Below, one piece after another: positions 34,431 to 44,126 of a DNA stretch of 64,000 nucleotides (position 1 is its first letter; each line of letters begins with the position of its first letter). Position numbers and translations under genes: made by a program. A model generated the notes under the pieces. It was not told the DNA's origin, made no database searches, and saw only the letters and a program-made list of their open reading frames with translations. Source of the stretch: a virus (lineage: Duplodnaviria; Caudoviricetes); the IMG/VR virus record IMGVR_UViG_3300050510_000109, positions 8,452-72,451 of that record; one strand, 5' to 3'.

Positions 34431-34679
34431 TTGTCTGCGCAACTATTAGTGGGATTTTGGCCTCGAAGGATTGGCGAGATAATGAAAAGAATAACAGTGG
34501 ATCAGGAACGCGCAATAGTAGTGGAGATAGTAGAATTACCTGATGAGATCTGCAACAAATGCAGCGGCTCGCTAATCGATGGCAAGCACTTGATTCCGTG
34601 GGATTGTCCGGACAGCAACCCACTAGAAGATATAAAAGAACAATTAAGGAAAGATAAAGATGCATATCTTAGAGGTTGA
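34431..34679 (+). CDS. hypothetical protein
   Basis: ORF track; likely start MKRITV. Confidence 0.45.
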   Translation: MSAQLLVGFWPRRIGEIMKRITVDQERAIVVEIVELPDEICNKCSGSLIDGKHLIPWDCPDSNPLEDIKEQLRKDKDAYLRG

Positions 34680-34854
34680 TTATGCCGGGAGGCATATCTG
34701 TAATAAGTTCTGTCGCTGTCCGGTTCACGGATCTGATATGTTGTACTCGCCCAGCGCAGATTTGCATGCGTGCGTTGACATCACCTGTCGCTACGCTCAC
34801 GGGTACGAGATCCAAATCGTGGAAGAAATGAAGTCGTGGAAGAACTACAGGTAA
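34660..34854 (+). CDS. Cys-rich hypothetical protein
   Basis: ORF track. Confidence 0.5.
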   Translation: MHILEVDYAGRHICNKFCRCPVHGSDMLYSPSADLHACVDITCRYAHGYEIQIVEEMKSWKNYR

Positions 34855-34858
34855 TGCC

Positions 34859-35161
34859 ATGACCTTTGTGGACAAGCTGCCGTACCATGCAGTAAAGATT
34901 GGACCAAAGAATTGGTATTGTCCAGTTCTGGACAACGAAGATAATTGGGTGGCCATTACGGAATACCACCTGGAAATCACCGGGCGTATCTGTGCTGGGT
35001 TCGTGCCGTTTAATATCAAGAGCGAGATATTCACGCCCAGAGCAGCCAAGTGGAATGTACACAGCTACGACCCACTTACGCTTACTCCGTCGCTGTTGTG
35101 CAGGACTTGTGGTTCACATGGTTTTATTACGGAGGGGCGATGGGTGCAGGCAAGGAACTAG
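34859..35161 (+). CDS. Zn-binding protein, DUF6527-like C-terminus
   Basis: LTLTPSLLCRTCGSHGFITEGRW. Confidence 0.5.
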   Translation: MTFVDKLPYHAVKIGPKNWYCPVLDNEDNWVAITEYHLEITGRICAGFVPFNIKSEIFTPRAAKWNVHSYDPLTLTPSLLCRTCGSHGFITEGRWVQARN

Positions 35162-35301
35162 CAAATGACCACATATTTCATTGGACACCGCACATAGAGA
35201 TAAGGTTGCCTAAAGATCCAAAGAAGTTGGAAGAGTTAGCTAATTTGATCAAGTCTATCCTCGAAGATAATAAACAAGAGTAGGAAGAGATAAGAAAAGA
35301 T

Positions 35302-35487
35302 ATGGCATTCTTCAGGGTATTAAGAGAGCAAGATGAGCAAATAGAGTTACGGATCGAGTTTGACAGCCGCAAGGAAGCAGCACTGTTGTATTACGAGCTG
35401 ATTGAGGCGAAATCCGAGTGGTCCCAAGCTGCCAAGACGTTTCTGTTGGCTATGCAAAGCGCTGCCGAAAGGCCCAAACTTCACTGA
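35302..35487 (+). CDS. hypothetical protein
   Basis: ORF track. Confidence 0.5.
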   Translation: MAFFRVLREQDEQIELRIEFDSRKEAALLYYELIEAKSEWSQAAKTFLLAMQSAAERPKLH

Positions 35488-35698
35488 CAACTCACTGACA
35501 ACTCACTAGCACTCGAAACCAGGTGGGCAAATTGAGGAATGAAAATCCGCTGGACTGCATCAAGTGTTGGGACTGGTACCTGACCCTGCCACTGCATATA
35601 GTCTCCAGTGCAGCCTCGGTAGGAATAAGTCGAGACATGAGCACAGCCAACGTGTTAAGGGCGTATGTTCGTGATTACCACCAAAAAGGACATCGGGA

Positions 35699-35911
35699 AT
35701 GACCAACGACATGCTCTACTTCTACTGCGAGAAGTGCACAGCTCACCACCCGATAATTTGTGCCAAGCAGGAAGCAAGAGATCTGGAAATTGCCGAGGCG
35801 CAAATTGAACGACTCAATGAAGAAGTGATTAGAGCCTGGCGCGAAGTCAGAACCCGTGATGAGCGCATCGCCCAACTTGAGGCTATCCTCAGGGATATAG
35901 GACGGGATTAG
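35699..35911 (+). CDS. CxxC + coiled-coil protein
   Basis: ORF track; directly precedes terminase. Confidence 0.55.
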   Translation: MTNDMLYFYCEKCTAHHPIICAKQEARDLEIAEAQIERLNEEVIRAWREVRTRDERIAQLEAILRDIGRD

Positions 35912-35913
35912 TT

Positions 35914-37338
35914 ATGGAGCGGCAACGGGTAGTCAGCAAGAGTAAGTTTTTCAATATGATTGGCTACCAACCGCATGCCCGGCAGGTGGAATTCCACAAG
36001 AGCAAGGCGCGGTTCAAGGTTGCTGCGTGTGGTCGTCGGGCGGGCAAGACTTTTATGACTGCGAAGGACATCGAGCCGTTCCTCTTTGTTCCGGATAAGC
36101 GTATTTGGCTTGTCGGCCCGACTTATGTGCTTGGTGAAAAAGAGTTCCGAGTCATTTGGCAAGACATCATCATGAAGCTGGAGTTCGGTAAAGACCCGGA
36201 GGTAAAGAAGGCATATAACCTCAAGCAAGGTGACATGTTCATCGAGTTCCCGTGGGGAACAAGAGTTGAGGTGAGATCTGCCGAGCGTAAAGAGACTTTG
36301 GTTGGTGATGGACTTGACCTGGTGGTGATGTGCGAGGCGGCAAAACACCAGCGCGAGACGTGGGACCGCATGATTGAGCCTGCGCTGTCCGACAAGCGTG
36401 GTGGCGCGATATTTACCAGTACCCCAGAAGGGCAGAATTTCTTTTATGATTTGTGGCAGCGTGGTCTGGACGACACTGAGCCGGATTATGAATCCTGGCA
36501 GTACCCGAGTTGGGACAACAGTGTAATTTTCCCCGGCGGATTTGAAGACTCTGAGATCCAGCGCCTACGCCGCAACATGTCTCGGGATGCATTTGAGCAA
36601 GAAATTGCTGCGGACTTCACCAGCTTTACCGGTAAGATCTACAAGGAGTTCATGGAGCGCACTCATGTGCGTAACCACGAGTACCGGCCAGATTGGCCAA
36701 ACTTCATGTCGATCGACTTCGGCTTCGTGAACCCGCTGGCTGCAATTGAATTCCAAGTGAGCCCACAAGATACTGTCCACGTCTGGCGGGAGTACTACGA
36801 GCCACAGTTGACCCTGGACGAGCACATGCAAGCCTGGAGGGAGCGAGAGAATCCTACAGGTTATAACATTGATTTGATTTTCGGAGATGCCGCTGACCCC
36901 GAGGCGATCCAAGATATTTGCATTAAGTTCGGTCCATGTGTAGGCGACCCGCTGAGCAAGGAAAATTGGCGTGAGGGAATTGATCTGGTCAAAACGTTCC
37001 TCAAGAATAGGGGCGGTGGAGTACCAGGGTTCTATGTTGACCCAAGTTGTCGAAACACCATTCGGGAATTCAACAATTATAAGGCTGCTGAAGGCGGTAA
37101 GGACCGAGATCCACGCGAGCAGGCCAAAAAGTGTGAAGACCATGCTATGGATGCTATTCGATACGGTATTATGCACGTGTTTAAACTCGGCATGCGCGTA
37201 CGCCTTGCTGATGTTATGGACGAATCCGAATTGAAAACAGGACTTTCGGATAGTGGCTTTTTCACGCAAGACATCAGGGATAGATACCCTGCACTGTCCG
37301 GTGCCGGATTTGTCACCCTTGATGATGCTAGGTTCTAG
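35914..37338 (+). CDS. terL: terminase large subunit
   Basis: Walker A ACGRRAGKT, Walker B VVMCEA, nuclease SIDFGFVNP...DHAMDAIRYG. Confidence 0.95.
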   Translation: MERQRVVSKSKFFNMIGYQPHARQVEFHKSKARFKVAACGRRAGKTFMTAKDIEPFLFVPDKRIWLVGPTYVLGEKEFRVIWQDIIMKLEFGKDPEVKKAYNLKQGDMFIEFPWGTRVEVRSAERKETLVGDGLDLVVMCEAAKHQRETWDRMIEPALSDKRGGAIFTSTPEGQNFFYDLWQRGLDDTEPDYESWQYPSWDNSVIFPGGFEDSEIQRLRRNMSRDAFEQEIAADFTSFTGKIYKEFMERTHVRNHEYRPDWPNFMSIDFGFVNPLAAIEFQVSPQDTVHVWREYYEPQLTLDEHMQAWRERENPTGYNIDLIFGDAADPEAIQDICIKFGPCVGDPLSKENWREGIDLVKTFLKNRGGGVPGFYVDPSCRNTIREFNNYKAAEGGKDRDPREQAKKCEDHAMDAIRYGIMHVFKLGMRVRLADVMDESELKTGLSDSGFFTQDIRDRYPALSGAGFVTLDDARF

Positions 37339-37350
37339 TTGACAACATAA

Positions 37351-38895
37351 GTGCCCTTACCGGATAGTATTACCCAAATGCTGGATGGTGAGCGTGCGAT
37401 GTCGGTTGAGAACATAGACAACCAAGCTGATGCGGTCGCAGCACTCGAAGAATTCAAAGCTGCACGTGAGGTTGAATTAGCCGAGGTGCTAAGCCGCTAT
37501 GATGTCGTGCACGCTAACTATGATCCCTATGAGGGATCATTTATTGTAGTTAGCGATCGGACACAGAAAAACCTCACTGAGACCACTGGCTTTTCCGAGA
37601 TGGCCAGCCTAGATCCATCGCCTTTTACTGCGTGGACACGTCTGGAAAACTCTCCTGAGCTTAGGGATAAACGAGGAATTCGTACCTACTACGACATGGT
37701 TCGTAATGATGGTACAGTCAGATCTGCACTGAGAATTGTGAAGACTCCGGTTCAAGGTGCTGAATGGTACATGGAGCCGTTTAGTGATTCGGCCATTGAC
37801 CAAAACATAGCTAAGTTTGTCCAAGACACGCTGTTTGACGACATGGAATACCCGTGGTCGTACTTTATTGAAGACAGCCTGCGCAGCTTGGACTATGGCT
37901 ACTTTGCCTTTGAAAAAGTCTGGTACATAGATCCCAAGACTGGCAAGGTCAAAATCAACTTGCCGCCACTGCACCCGTTGGACATCCAAGGATGGATTTA
38001 CGATGGGAAAAACCAGATTACTGGTTTGGCTATGGAGCCGTTGGCAGGAACAGATTTTACCAAGCAGATTGTGATCCCGAGGGAAAAGGTTCTGCTCCAG
38101 GTCTTTGAGATGGAAGGCGGCGATCTGCGCGGCACATCTTTGCTGCGAACCGCCTACAAGCATTGGTATTACAAAGACACCATGTACAAAATCGATGCCA
38201 TCCAGAAGGAGCGGCACGGAATTGGTGTGCCGATCATCAAATTGCCCATGGGCTTCACGCCTAAGGACAAGGATCTGGCCAATGATCTCGGGCGGAATCT
38301 GCGAACCAACGAGAAAGCCTACATTACTATCCCATGGAACTGGGAAGTCATGTTCGCCAAGCTTGAAGGTCAACCAGTTGATCCCATTCCCTCCATACAG
38401 CATCACGACCACAAAATTTATGAGGCAATTCTGGCATCATTTATGGGTAGTGGTGAGGTGTCAACGGAAAGTCTGGACTCTTTCTACAAATCTACCCGAT
38501 ACATGGCCACGTGTATTGCCACAACAATCAATCGGGACATCATCCGACCGCTGGTCCAGATGAATTTCTTGAGATTCAATGGCTATCCAAAGCTTTGTGT
38601 GCGTCGCATGGGTGAATGGGAAGACACCAGAACCATGACGTTCGCACTACGAAACTTGGTGGGCGCCAGAATCCTCACGCCGGATTTGCCGTTGGAGAAC
38701 ATCATTCGTGCCTCCATGAGCTTGCCTCCGCTGGATGAATCCACTGCCAGAGAGATGCCTTCGCCTAATGCGGGCGGTTTGGCTTCTCCCACAGGCAGTG
38801 TCAAGCCGTCTCCGGCAAAGGGTTCACGACAAACTGCCACTCCATATACCAATGTACCGGCCAAAAACGCTGGAACGGATAAATCCGGTGGGTAA
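37351..38895 (+). CDS. portal protein (DUF935/Mu gp29-like)
   Basis: position after terL; GTSLLRTAYKHWYYK...ERHGIGVP. Confidence 0.88.
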   Translation: MPLPDSITQMLDGERAMSVENIDNQADAVAALEEFKAAREVELAEVLSRYDVVHANYDPYEGSFIVVSDRTQKNLTETTGFSEMASLDPSPFTAWTRLENSPELRDKRGIRTYYDMVRNDGTVRSALRIVKTPVQGAEWYMEPFSDSAIDQNIAKFVQDTLFDDMEYPWSYFIEDSLRSLDYGYFAFEKVWYIDPKTGKVKINLPPLHPLDIQGWIYDGKNQITGLAMEPLAGTDFTKQIVIPREKVLLQVFEMEGGDLRGTSLLRTAYKHWYYKDTMYKIDAIQKERHGIGVPIIKLPMGFTPKDKDLANDLGRNLRTNEKAYITIPWNWEVMFAKLEGQPVDPIPSIQHHDHKIYEAILASFMGSGEVSTESLDSFYKSTRYMATCIATTINRDIIRPLVQMNFLRFNGYPKLCVRRMGEWEDTRTMTFALRNLVGARILTPDLPLENIIRASMSLPPLDESTAREMPSPNAGGLASPTGSVKPSPAKGSRQTATPYTNVPAKNAGTDKSGG

Positions 38896-38896
38896 G

Positions 38897-39109
38897 ATGG
38901 CAGTCTTCTATGATTCCACCAGGAGAATAGATACCGGTCGGTGGGTAATCAAAATGGAGGCAGAAGATTACGCCGGTGAAGTACATAGTCTGCAAGTAGC
39001 ATTCAAGCGCAAACCAAATCGAGCCGAACGTGATGACGCGATTACCTTGCTAGAAGACAAACTTCATTTGGCAGTTCAAGTAGCTAACCAAAAACTTCAG
39101 GGGTTCTAA
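38897..39109 (+). CDS. hypothetical protein
   Basis: start trimmed to MAVFYD. Confidence 0.55.
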   Translation: MAVFYDSTRRIDTGRWVIKMEAEDYAGEVHSLQVAFKRKPNRAERDDAITLLEDKLHLAVQVANQKLQGF

Positions 39110-39363
39110 TGCCGACACCAGGACAGAAGGCACTGGCTGCACGTAGGAGTGACAACGGTGTCAACCTCGCGGAGAAAGGCATGGGATTCGCCAAGGCAGC
39201 GGCGTCCGTGTCGAAAAAGCAAGGGGTAACATCAAAGCGAGCACGTGCTATTATCGCTGCGGGCGCGCAGAAAGCTTCGGCGAAGGCCAAGAAGGCAAAT
39301 CCCAACTTGAAAAAGGTTCCTACTAAAGGATCAAAAAAGCAGTCCGGCGGGACCTATAGATAA
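39109..39363 (+). CDS. small basic Lys/Ala-rich protein
   Basis: AKAAASVSKKQG...KASAKAKKANPNLKKV. Confidence 0.65.
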   Translation: MPTPGQKALAARRSDNGVNLAEKGMGFAKAAASVSKKQGVTSKRARAIIAAGAQKASAKAKKANPNLKKVPTKGSKKQSGGTYR

Positions 39364-40700
39364 TGTCTGTTTATAGCCCCTCCGGTTCTGGCGAAGTCCA
39401 TATCGACAAATCTATCTCGGGAGGCACTGTGCCTTACGAAATACGAATGGACAACGGCAGGCACTGCGTTTACAAAAAGGGAACCAACACTGAAATCGGC
39501 TGCCACGATACTCATGGTCAAGCTTTGGAGCAGATGCAAGCGCTATATGCCAAGGAAGGAGGCAAAATGAGTGAGAGTCTTAGCTACCTCGTTAACCTTT
39601 CCGACGTTAAGTTGGAGAATAATTCGACCTGGATTCATGCTCTCCCATTTGGCCAATACAAGCACCCAATCTTCGGCGTAATCGATGCAAGTCTACAAAA
39701 GATTAATGGGCTTGCTGAGAGTGTTAAGAAGAAGATCCGTGGGATCGATCCCAGCATCAATCTCAATCACGACAACAATAGCCCTGATGGTGCAGCGGCT
39801 TGGGTGAAAGACTCTCAAGTGCGCTCCGATGGACTTTGGCTCTTTGTCGAGTTTGTTAAGGATGCGGCCGAGAAGGTTAAAGAGAAGAAGTTCAAGTACT
39901 TCTCGATTGAATTTGCTGACGAGTGGGAAGACCCAGAAGGCAACAAGTTCAAGGACGTAGTTGTGGGCGGAGCACTTACGAACCGTCCCTTCATGAAGAA
40001 CCTGGTTCCAATCAACTTGGCAGAATCTGTGATAGAGAATGCCTTTGATTTGGTTTCGGGAGTTACTGGCAAAGACGTCACTTCCCTTAAGGATGGAAGC
40101 GTGGACGATAAGGATCTGCAAAAGATCATTGACGGGGTGGCGACTAAACTCACTGAGCAGTTCACGCCCCGCAAGGACGAGAAAGACACCAAGTCTGAGG
40201 TGGCAAAGCTGGCTGAAATTGAGGAGTTCCGTCAACTGGCGGAATCTAACCCAGTGGCCAAGTCTCTGCTTGCACACTTCGAGCTTCAAGCCAAGGCTAT
40301 TGCCGATGGCAACAAGCGCATGCGTGAAACTCTGGTGGACTCGCAACTTGCTGAGTTTGACAATTCCAAGATGGCCCTGACTCCAGCAGCGAAAGATCTG
40401 GCTCGGGAAATCATGCTGGGAATGCCGGACGAGATCTCTGACAAGTTCCTCAAGTTCATGGAGAATGTCCGTACTTCGGCCAACTTTATGGTCGAGCTGG
40501 GTGAGCGTTCGGGCGCGGCTGTTCGGCGTGGGCATTCCGTGATTGAGAAGACTGCGGTGCAGGAGTTCAGTGAGCGGACTAATGAGCTAATGCTCAATGA
40601 GAAGATTGACTTCCTCACTGCGGCAGAGAAAGTTGCGGCTCAAGACCCGGACCTGTACGCACGTTACCGCACGGGCGATGGCGCCCCGGCGAGTAAGTAA
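39363..40700 (+). CDS. prohead protease/scaffold (Mu I-like) with N-terminal extension; internal start 39567
   Basis: WIHALPFGQY, INLNHD, AAAWVKD, KYFSIEF, GGALTNRPF; AGGAGG-N4-ATG at 39567 in frame. Confidence 0.82.
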   Translation: MSVYSPSGSGEVHIDKSISGGTVPYEIRMDNGRHCVYKKGTNTEIGCHDTHGQALEQMQALYAKEGGKMSESLSYLVNLSDVKLENNSTWIHALPFGQYKHPIFGVIDASLQKINGLAESVKKKIRGIDPSINLNHDNNSPDGAAAWVKDSQVRSDGLWLFVEFVKDAAEKVKEKKFKYFSIEFADEWEDPEGNKFKDVVVGGALTNRPFMKNLVPINLAESVIENAFDLVSGVTGKDVTSLKDGSVDDKDLQKIIDGVATKLTEQFTPRKDEKDTKSEVAKLAEIEEFRQLAESNPVAKSLLAHFELQAKAIADGNKRMRETLVDSQLAEFDNSKMALTPAAKDLAREIMLGMPDEISDKFLKFMENVRTSANFMVELGERSGAAVRRGHSVIEKTAVQEFSERTNELMLNEKIDFLTAAEKVAAQDPDLYARYRTGDGAPASK

Positions 40701-40714
40701 GGGAGTAATTACAC

Positions 40715-41104
40715 ATGGCTAATTTTGTGCTAGATGTAGGCCGTATTCCAGATGGTTCTTCGGCGGCAGTGAAATACCGCTTTTGCTCCATCGGGACGGA
40801 TTCGCAGCACATTGACCTGACGCCAACGCTTGCTCAGCTTTGCCTTGGTGTTGTCATGGACGACATGGACGCCTCCAAAGTTGTTGAGGGTGGCGTGGTG
40901 GATGTGCGGGTGCTGGGAATTGCTCCCGTCATGTTGGGTACCGGTGGCGCCGCTCCAGGTGACCGTTTGGTTTCTGCCGTTGATGGCAAGGCAATTTTGG
41001 GTACTGCTGCGGCCAACTTTGTTGCAGGTATTGCGTTGCAAACGGGTTCGGCTGGAACGGTTATTGATGTTCTGCTCACGCCTGGTACCAAGTGGGTCAG
41101 CTAG
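40715..41104 (+). CDS. capsid decoration/cement protein (DUF2190-like)
   Basis: position; VDVRVLGIAPV...GDRLVSAVDGKA. Confidence 0.7.
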   Translation: MANFVLDVGRIPDGSSAAVKYRFCSIGTDSQHIDLTPTLAQLCLGVVMDDMDASKVVEGGVVDVRVLGIAPVMLGTGGAAPGDRLVSAVDGKAILGTAAANFVAGIALQTGSAGTVIDVLLTPGTKWVS

Positions 41105-41121
41105 TTAAAGAGGAGCTTTAA

Positions 41122-42081
41122 ATGGTCTACAGTCCAAGTGGCTCTGGAGAAGTGCATGTTGATCAAGTACTTACCCAGATCAGCATTGGCTGGCCAAATA
41201 ACGGGATGGTCGGCGACCGCCTGTTTCCAGCGCTAAATGTGCAGAAACAATCTGACAAGTACTACACCTTTGGTCGTGAAGGTTGGCTTCCAGAGGACGA
41301 CGTGCGCGCTCCAGGTGCGATTGCCCGTGAGGTTACGGGTGCCACCGTTTCTACCGATACTTATTTCTGCATTGAGCACGCCTTGCAGATTTACGTTACC
41401 GATGAAGAGCGGCGTAACGCTGATTCTCCTCTGGCACCAGACCGAGACGGCACGGAAATCATCACTTCCAAGATCATGCTTGGGCGTGAACGCATTATCC
41501 AAACGATGGTGACCACGGCGGGTAACTACGCTTCTGGTAACACCACTACGTTGTCGGGTACTTCGCAGTGGAATGACTACGCAAACTCTGACCCGATTTC
41601 GAATCTGCGTACGGGTAAGCGCGCCATTCACTCGAAGATCTTCCTTGAGCCAAACGTTTTGCTGGTGCCTTACACCACGATGTCGATCCTTGAGGATCAC
41701 CCAGATTTCCTTGAGCGTATTAAGTACTCCGAGCGAGCGATTTTCTCGCAGGAGCTGCTTGCTGCGGTTCTGGGCTTCCAATCTGTGATCGTGCCGGGTG
41801 CGGGAGTTAACACTGCTCCTTTGGGTCAGACAGAATCTCTGGCTTATCTGTGGGGCAATGACGTTCTGATGGCCTATGTGCCTTCGCGTCCAGGTTTGAA
41901 GATTCCTGCTTTCGGGTACGAGTTCGTGTGGAATGGTCAGGTTGTTGACCGGTGGCGCGAGAACCCGCGCAAGAGTGATGTTATTCGGGTTTCGCGTTCC
42001 TACGATCACAAGATGACTGCGCTGGATGCTGCTGACAAGCAGATAGCCGGTTACCTGATCCTGGATGCAACGAACATCTGA
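41122..42081 (+). CDS. major capsid protein
   Basis: position, 319 aa; VDQVLTQISIGW, WNDYANSDPISNL. Confidence 0.88.
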   Translation: MVYSPSGSGEVHVDQVLTQISIGWPNNGMVGDRLFPALNVQKQSDKYYTFGREGWLPEDDVRAPGAIAREVTGATVSTDTYFCIEHALQIYVTDEERRNADSPLAPDRDGTEIITSKIMLGRERIIQTMVTTAGNYASGNTTTLSGTSQWNDYANSDPISNLRTGKRAIHSKIFLEPNVLLVPYTTMSILEDHPDFLERIKYSERAIFSQELLAAVLGFQSVIVPGAGVNTAPLGQTESLAYLWGNDVLMAYVPSRPGLKIPAFGYEFVWNGQVVDRWRENPRKSDVIRVSRSYDHKMTALDAADKQIAGYLILDATNI

Positions 42082-42095
42082 TCTGAGGAGTCGTA

Positions 42096-42443
42096 ATGGC
42101 TAAGCAAGTAGTGGCAACAATGGACATCATGCACGATGGGGAGAAATTCCCAGCGGGCGAGCCAGTTGACCCGAAGAAGTTTTCTAAGGATCAACTGACC
42201 CGTCTTTACGAGCGCGGTGCCGTAAGAATTGAAGAGCCTAAGCAGAAGAACGAGCCTGAGCCAACTCTCGAAGATGTAAATCGCGAGCAGGACAAGCAGG
42301 ATAACGAGCAGGCCAACATAAGCTCTGCTCCTGCTGAGACCCTTGAGCCTGGTGCCAAGAAAGAGGCAGCGGCTAAGGGAACTGAGGCGCAAGTCAAGGA
42401 AACTCGTGGCACGACCGACGCCAAGGGAACTGACAAAAAGTAG
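42096..42443 (+). CDS. head-associated hypothetical protein
   Basis: position; IMHDGEKFPAGE...LYERGAV. Confidence 0.65.
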   Translation: MAKQVVATMDIMHDGEKFPAGEPVDPKKFSKDQLTRLYERGAVRIEEPKQKNEPEPTLEDVNREQDKQDNEQANISSAPAETLEPGAKKEAAAKGTEAQVKETRGTTDAKGTDKK

Positions 42444-42450
42444 GTAGTCA

Positions 42451-42903
42451 ATGGCGAGAGTGACGTTAGCTGAGATACAAGGGTGGCTTGATCCGATCAA
42501 GCTCACCCTTGCCAGCATTGACACAGAACTTCTTGCTAACTTGGAAGCAGAGACGCTGGCCAAGATATCTACTGTTTATGACGTAACCACTTGGGTGGAT
42601 GTAGCAAGTACCCCGAAACTGATCCGAACGGTGATATCCAAGTACTACGCATCTTGGATTATGGATCGGTTTTACAGCGAGAACCAAGATGAAGGTAGCG
42701 ACTACGCTAAGCGTCTTTGTGACAATGCAGACAGCGTAGTTGCTTCAATTCTCAATAGAACAATTATCATTCCTGAAGTGCCTGAGCCTACAGCATCTGA
42801 AGCAGCCAGCTATTACCCCAATGATGCCAGTTCTGCACAAACGCCTACGATAGATAATCCTTCTTTGGGTGGGCCTTACTTTAGTTTGGGGAGGTCCTTC
42901 TAA
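42451..42903 (+). CDS. head-tail adaptor
   Basis: position and size. Confidence 0.6.
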   Translation: MARVTLAEIQGWLDPIKLTLASIDTELLANLEAETLAKISTVYDVTTWVDVASTPKLIRTVISKYYASWIMDRFYSENQDEGSDYAKRLCDNADSVVASILNRTIIIPEVPEPTASEAASYYPNDASSAQTPTIDNPSLGGPYFSLGRSF

Positions 42904-43445
42904 TGGCGATAAAGGCTGGTACTGGCCCGCGAATTTCAAGCTTTCCACTAGAGATTGATGTTAGAGCCTTTCAGCTAAATGCGAATCTTCTACGGGACAG
43001 TGTGTTTCGTATGGCTCGTCAGTTTGGCGATATGACTGCACCGTTGACTGATTCTGTGCGCAAAGTAGTTACTCCGTCGATAATTCGTAATATCGCTTCA
43101 GGTGGTAGGCCAAAGTGGCAACCACTATCTCAGTCTAGAATAGAAGCTCGCCTACGCGGGCCAAATCCTAGCCTGAGGATATTGGTAGACACTGAGGCTT
43201 TGGCACTTGCAGCGGCATCCCGAGTTATTTGGCGGATTTCACCAACACAAGCAGACATGGAAGCGCTGGACAACCTTGTTCCATACGCTAAGTTCCACCA
43301 AACTGGAACATTCAAAATGCCAGCTCGTCCGTTCGCGTTGTTGCAAAGTAATGAAGTAGATCAGATAGTTGAGATCTTTGATAAGTGGATTGAGTCGATG
43401 ACCAACAAGCGCGACTTCTGGCCGTACTTTGATCGGGGCTTCTAA
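42903..43445 (+). CDS. virion morphogenesis/tail completion protein (Mu gpG-like)
   Basis: GRPKWQPLS...ILVDT...YAKFHQTGTFKMPARPF. Confidence 0.8.
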   Translation: MAIKAGTGPRISSFPLEIDVRAFQLNANLLRDSVFRMARQFGDMTAPLTDSVRKVVTPSIIRNIASGGRPKWQPLSQSRIEARLRGPNPSLRILVDTEALALAAASRVIWRISPTQADMEALDNLVPYAKFHQTGTFKMPARPFALLQSNEVDQIVEIFDKWIESMTNKRDFWPYFDRGF

Positions 43446-43897
43446 TGCCACATACCGATAAAAGTACCGTAGTGGCGCAATACATCTTTAACTTGATTAC
43501 AACCAACAAAGTAGCTTTGGGATTGGACAATGTTCTTTATGGTGACCAGAATGAAATTACTCCAGGCAAGGTAGCGGTAGTAGCTACGGGACGCAAAGAC
43601 AGAACCCTTGCCCGAGTGGCGTTTCCTGGTGCAGGAACGCTCAACCGAATGATTATTTTGGTTACCATATACAACAACACAGTTGGTGGAGAGGCTACAA
43701 AGTCGCTCGAAACTGACCAACTAGCTGAAGCTGTGGAACATTTGCTACATCAGAATACCACCATGGGCGGCAACATTATTCATGGGTTCGTCGAGACGTT
43801 CGATCCAGGGTACAACTTCCGAAGGGGATCAATGTTCCGTGCAACCCAGCTAGTGTTTGTTGGCCAGACAAAAACCAACCTTACCGACATACCGTAG
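43445..43897 (+). CDS. tail terminator-like protein
   Basis: position before major tail gene. Confidence 0.55.
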   Translation: MPHTDKSTVVAQYIFNLITTNKVALGLDNVLYGDQNEITPGKVAVVATGRKDRTLARVAFPGAGTLNRMIILVTIYNNTVGGEATKSLETDQLAEAVEHLLHQNTTMGGNIIHGFVETFDPGYNFRRGSMFRATQLVFVGQTKTNLTDIP

Positions 43898-43904
43898 GTG
43901 GGAT

Positions 43905-44123
43905 ATGCAGTTCTTCGCAGTTATTACTTCGGACCTAACTGGAACCATCCCAGATTTCGGTAAGGTCCAACCAGATAAGCCGCTGATCATCGACGACTTC
44001 AAGATGGTGCGAATAGAAGCGAAGCGTCGTTTGGCTTTTGGAGATATCCAGTTGCCAGTAGGCGTGAAGTGCACTATGTACATTCTTGAAGATGGCGACG
44101 AGCTTGAAATAAAAGGGGCTTAA
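43905..44123 (+). CDS. hypothetical protein
   Basis: start trimmed to MQFFAV. Confidence 0.55.
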   Translation: MQFFAVITSDLTGTIPDFGKVQPDKPLIIDDFKMVRIEAKRRLAFGDIQLPVGVKCTMYILEDGDELEIKGA

Positions 44124-44126
44124 GAA

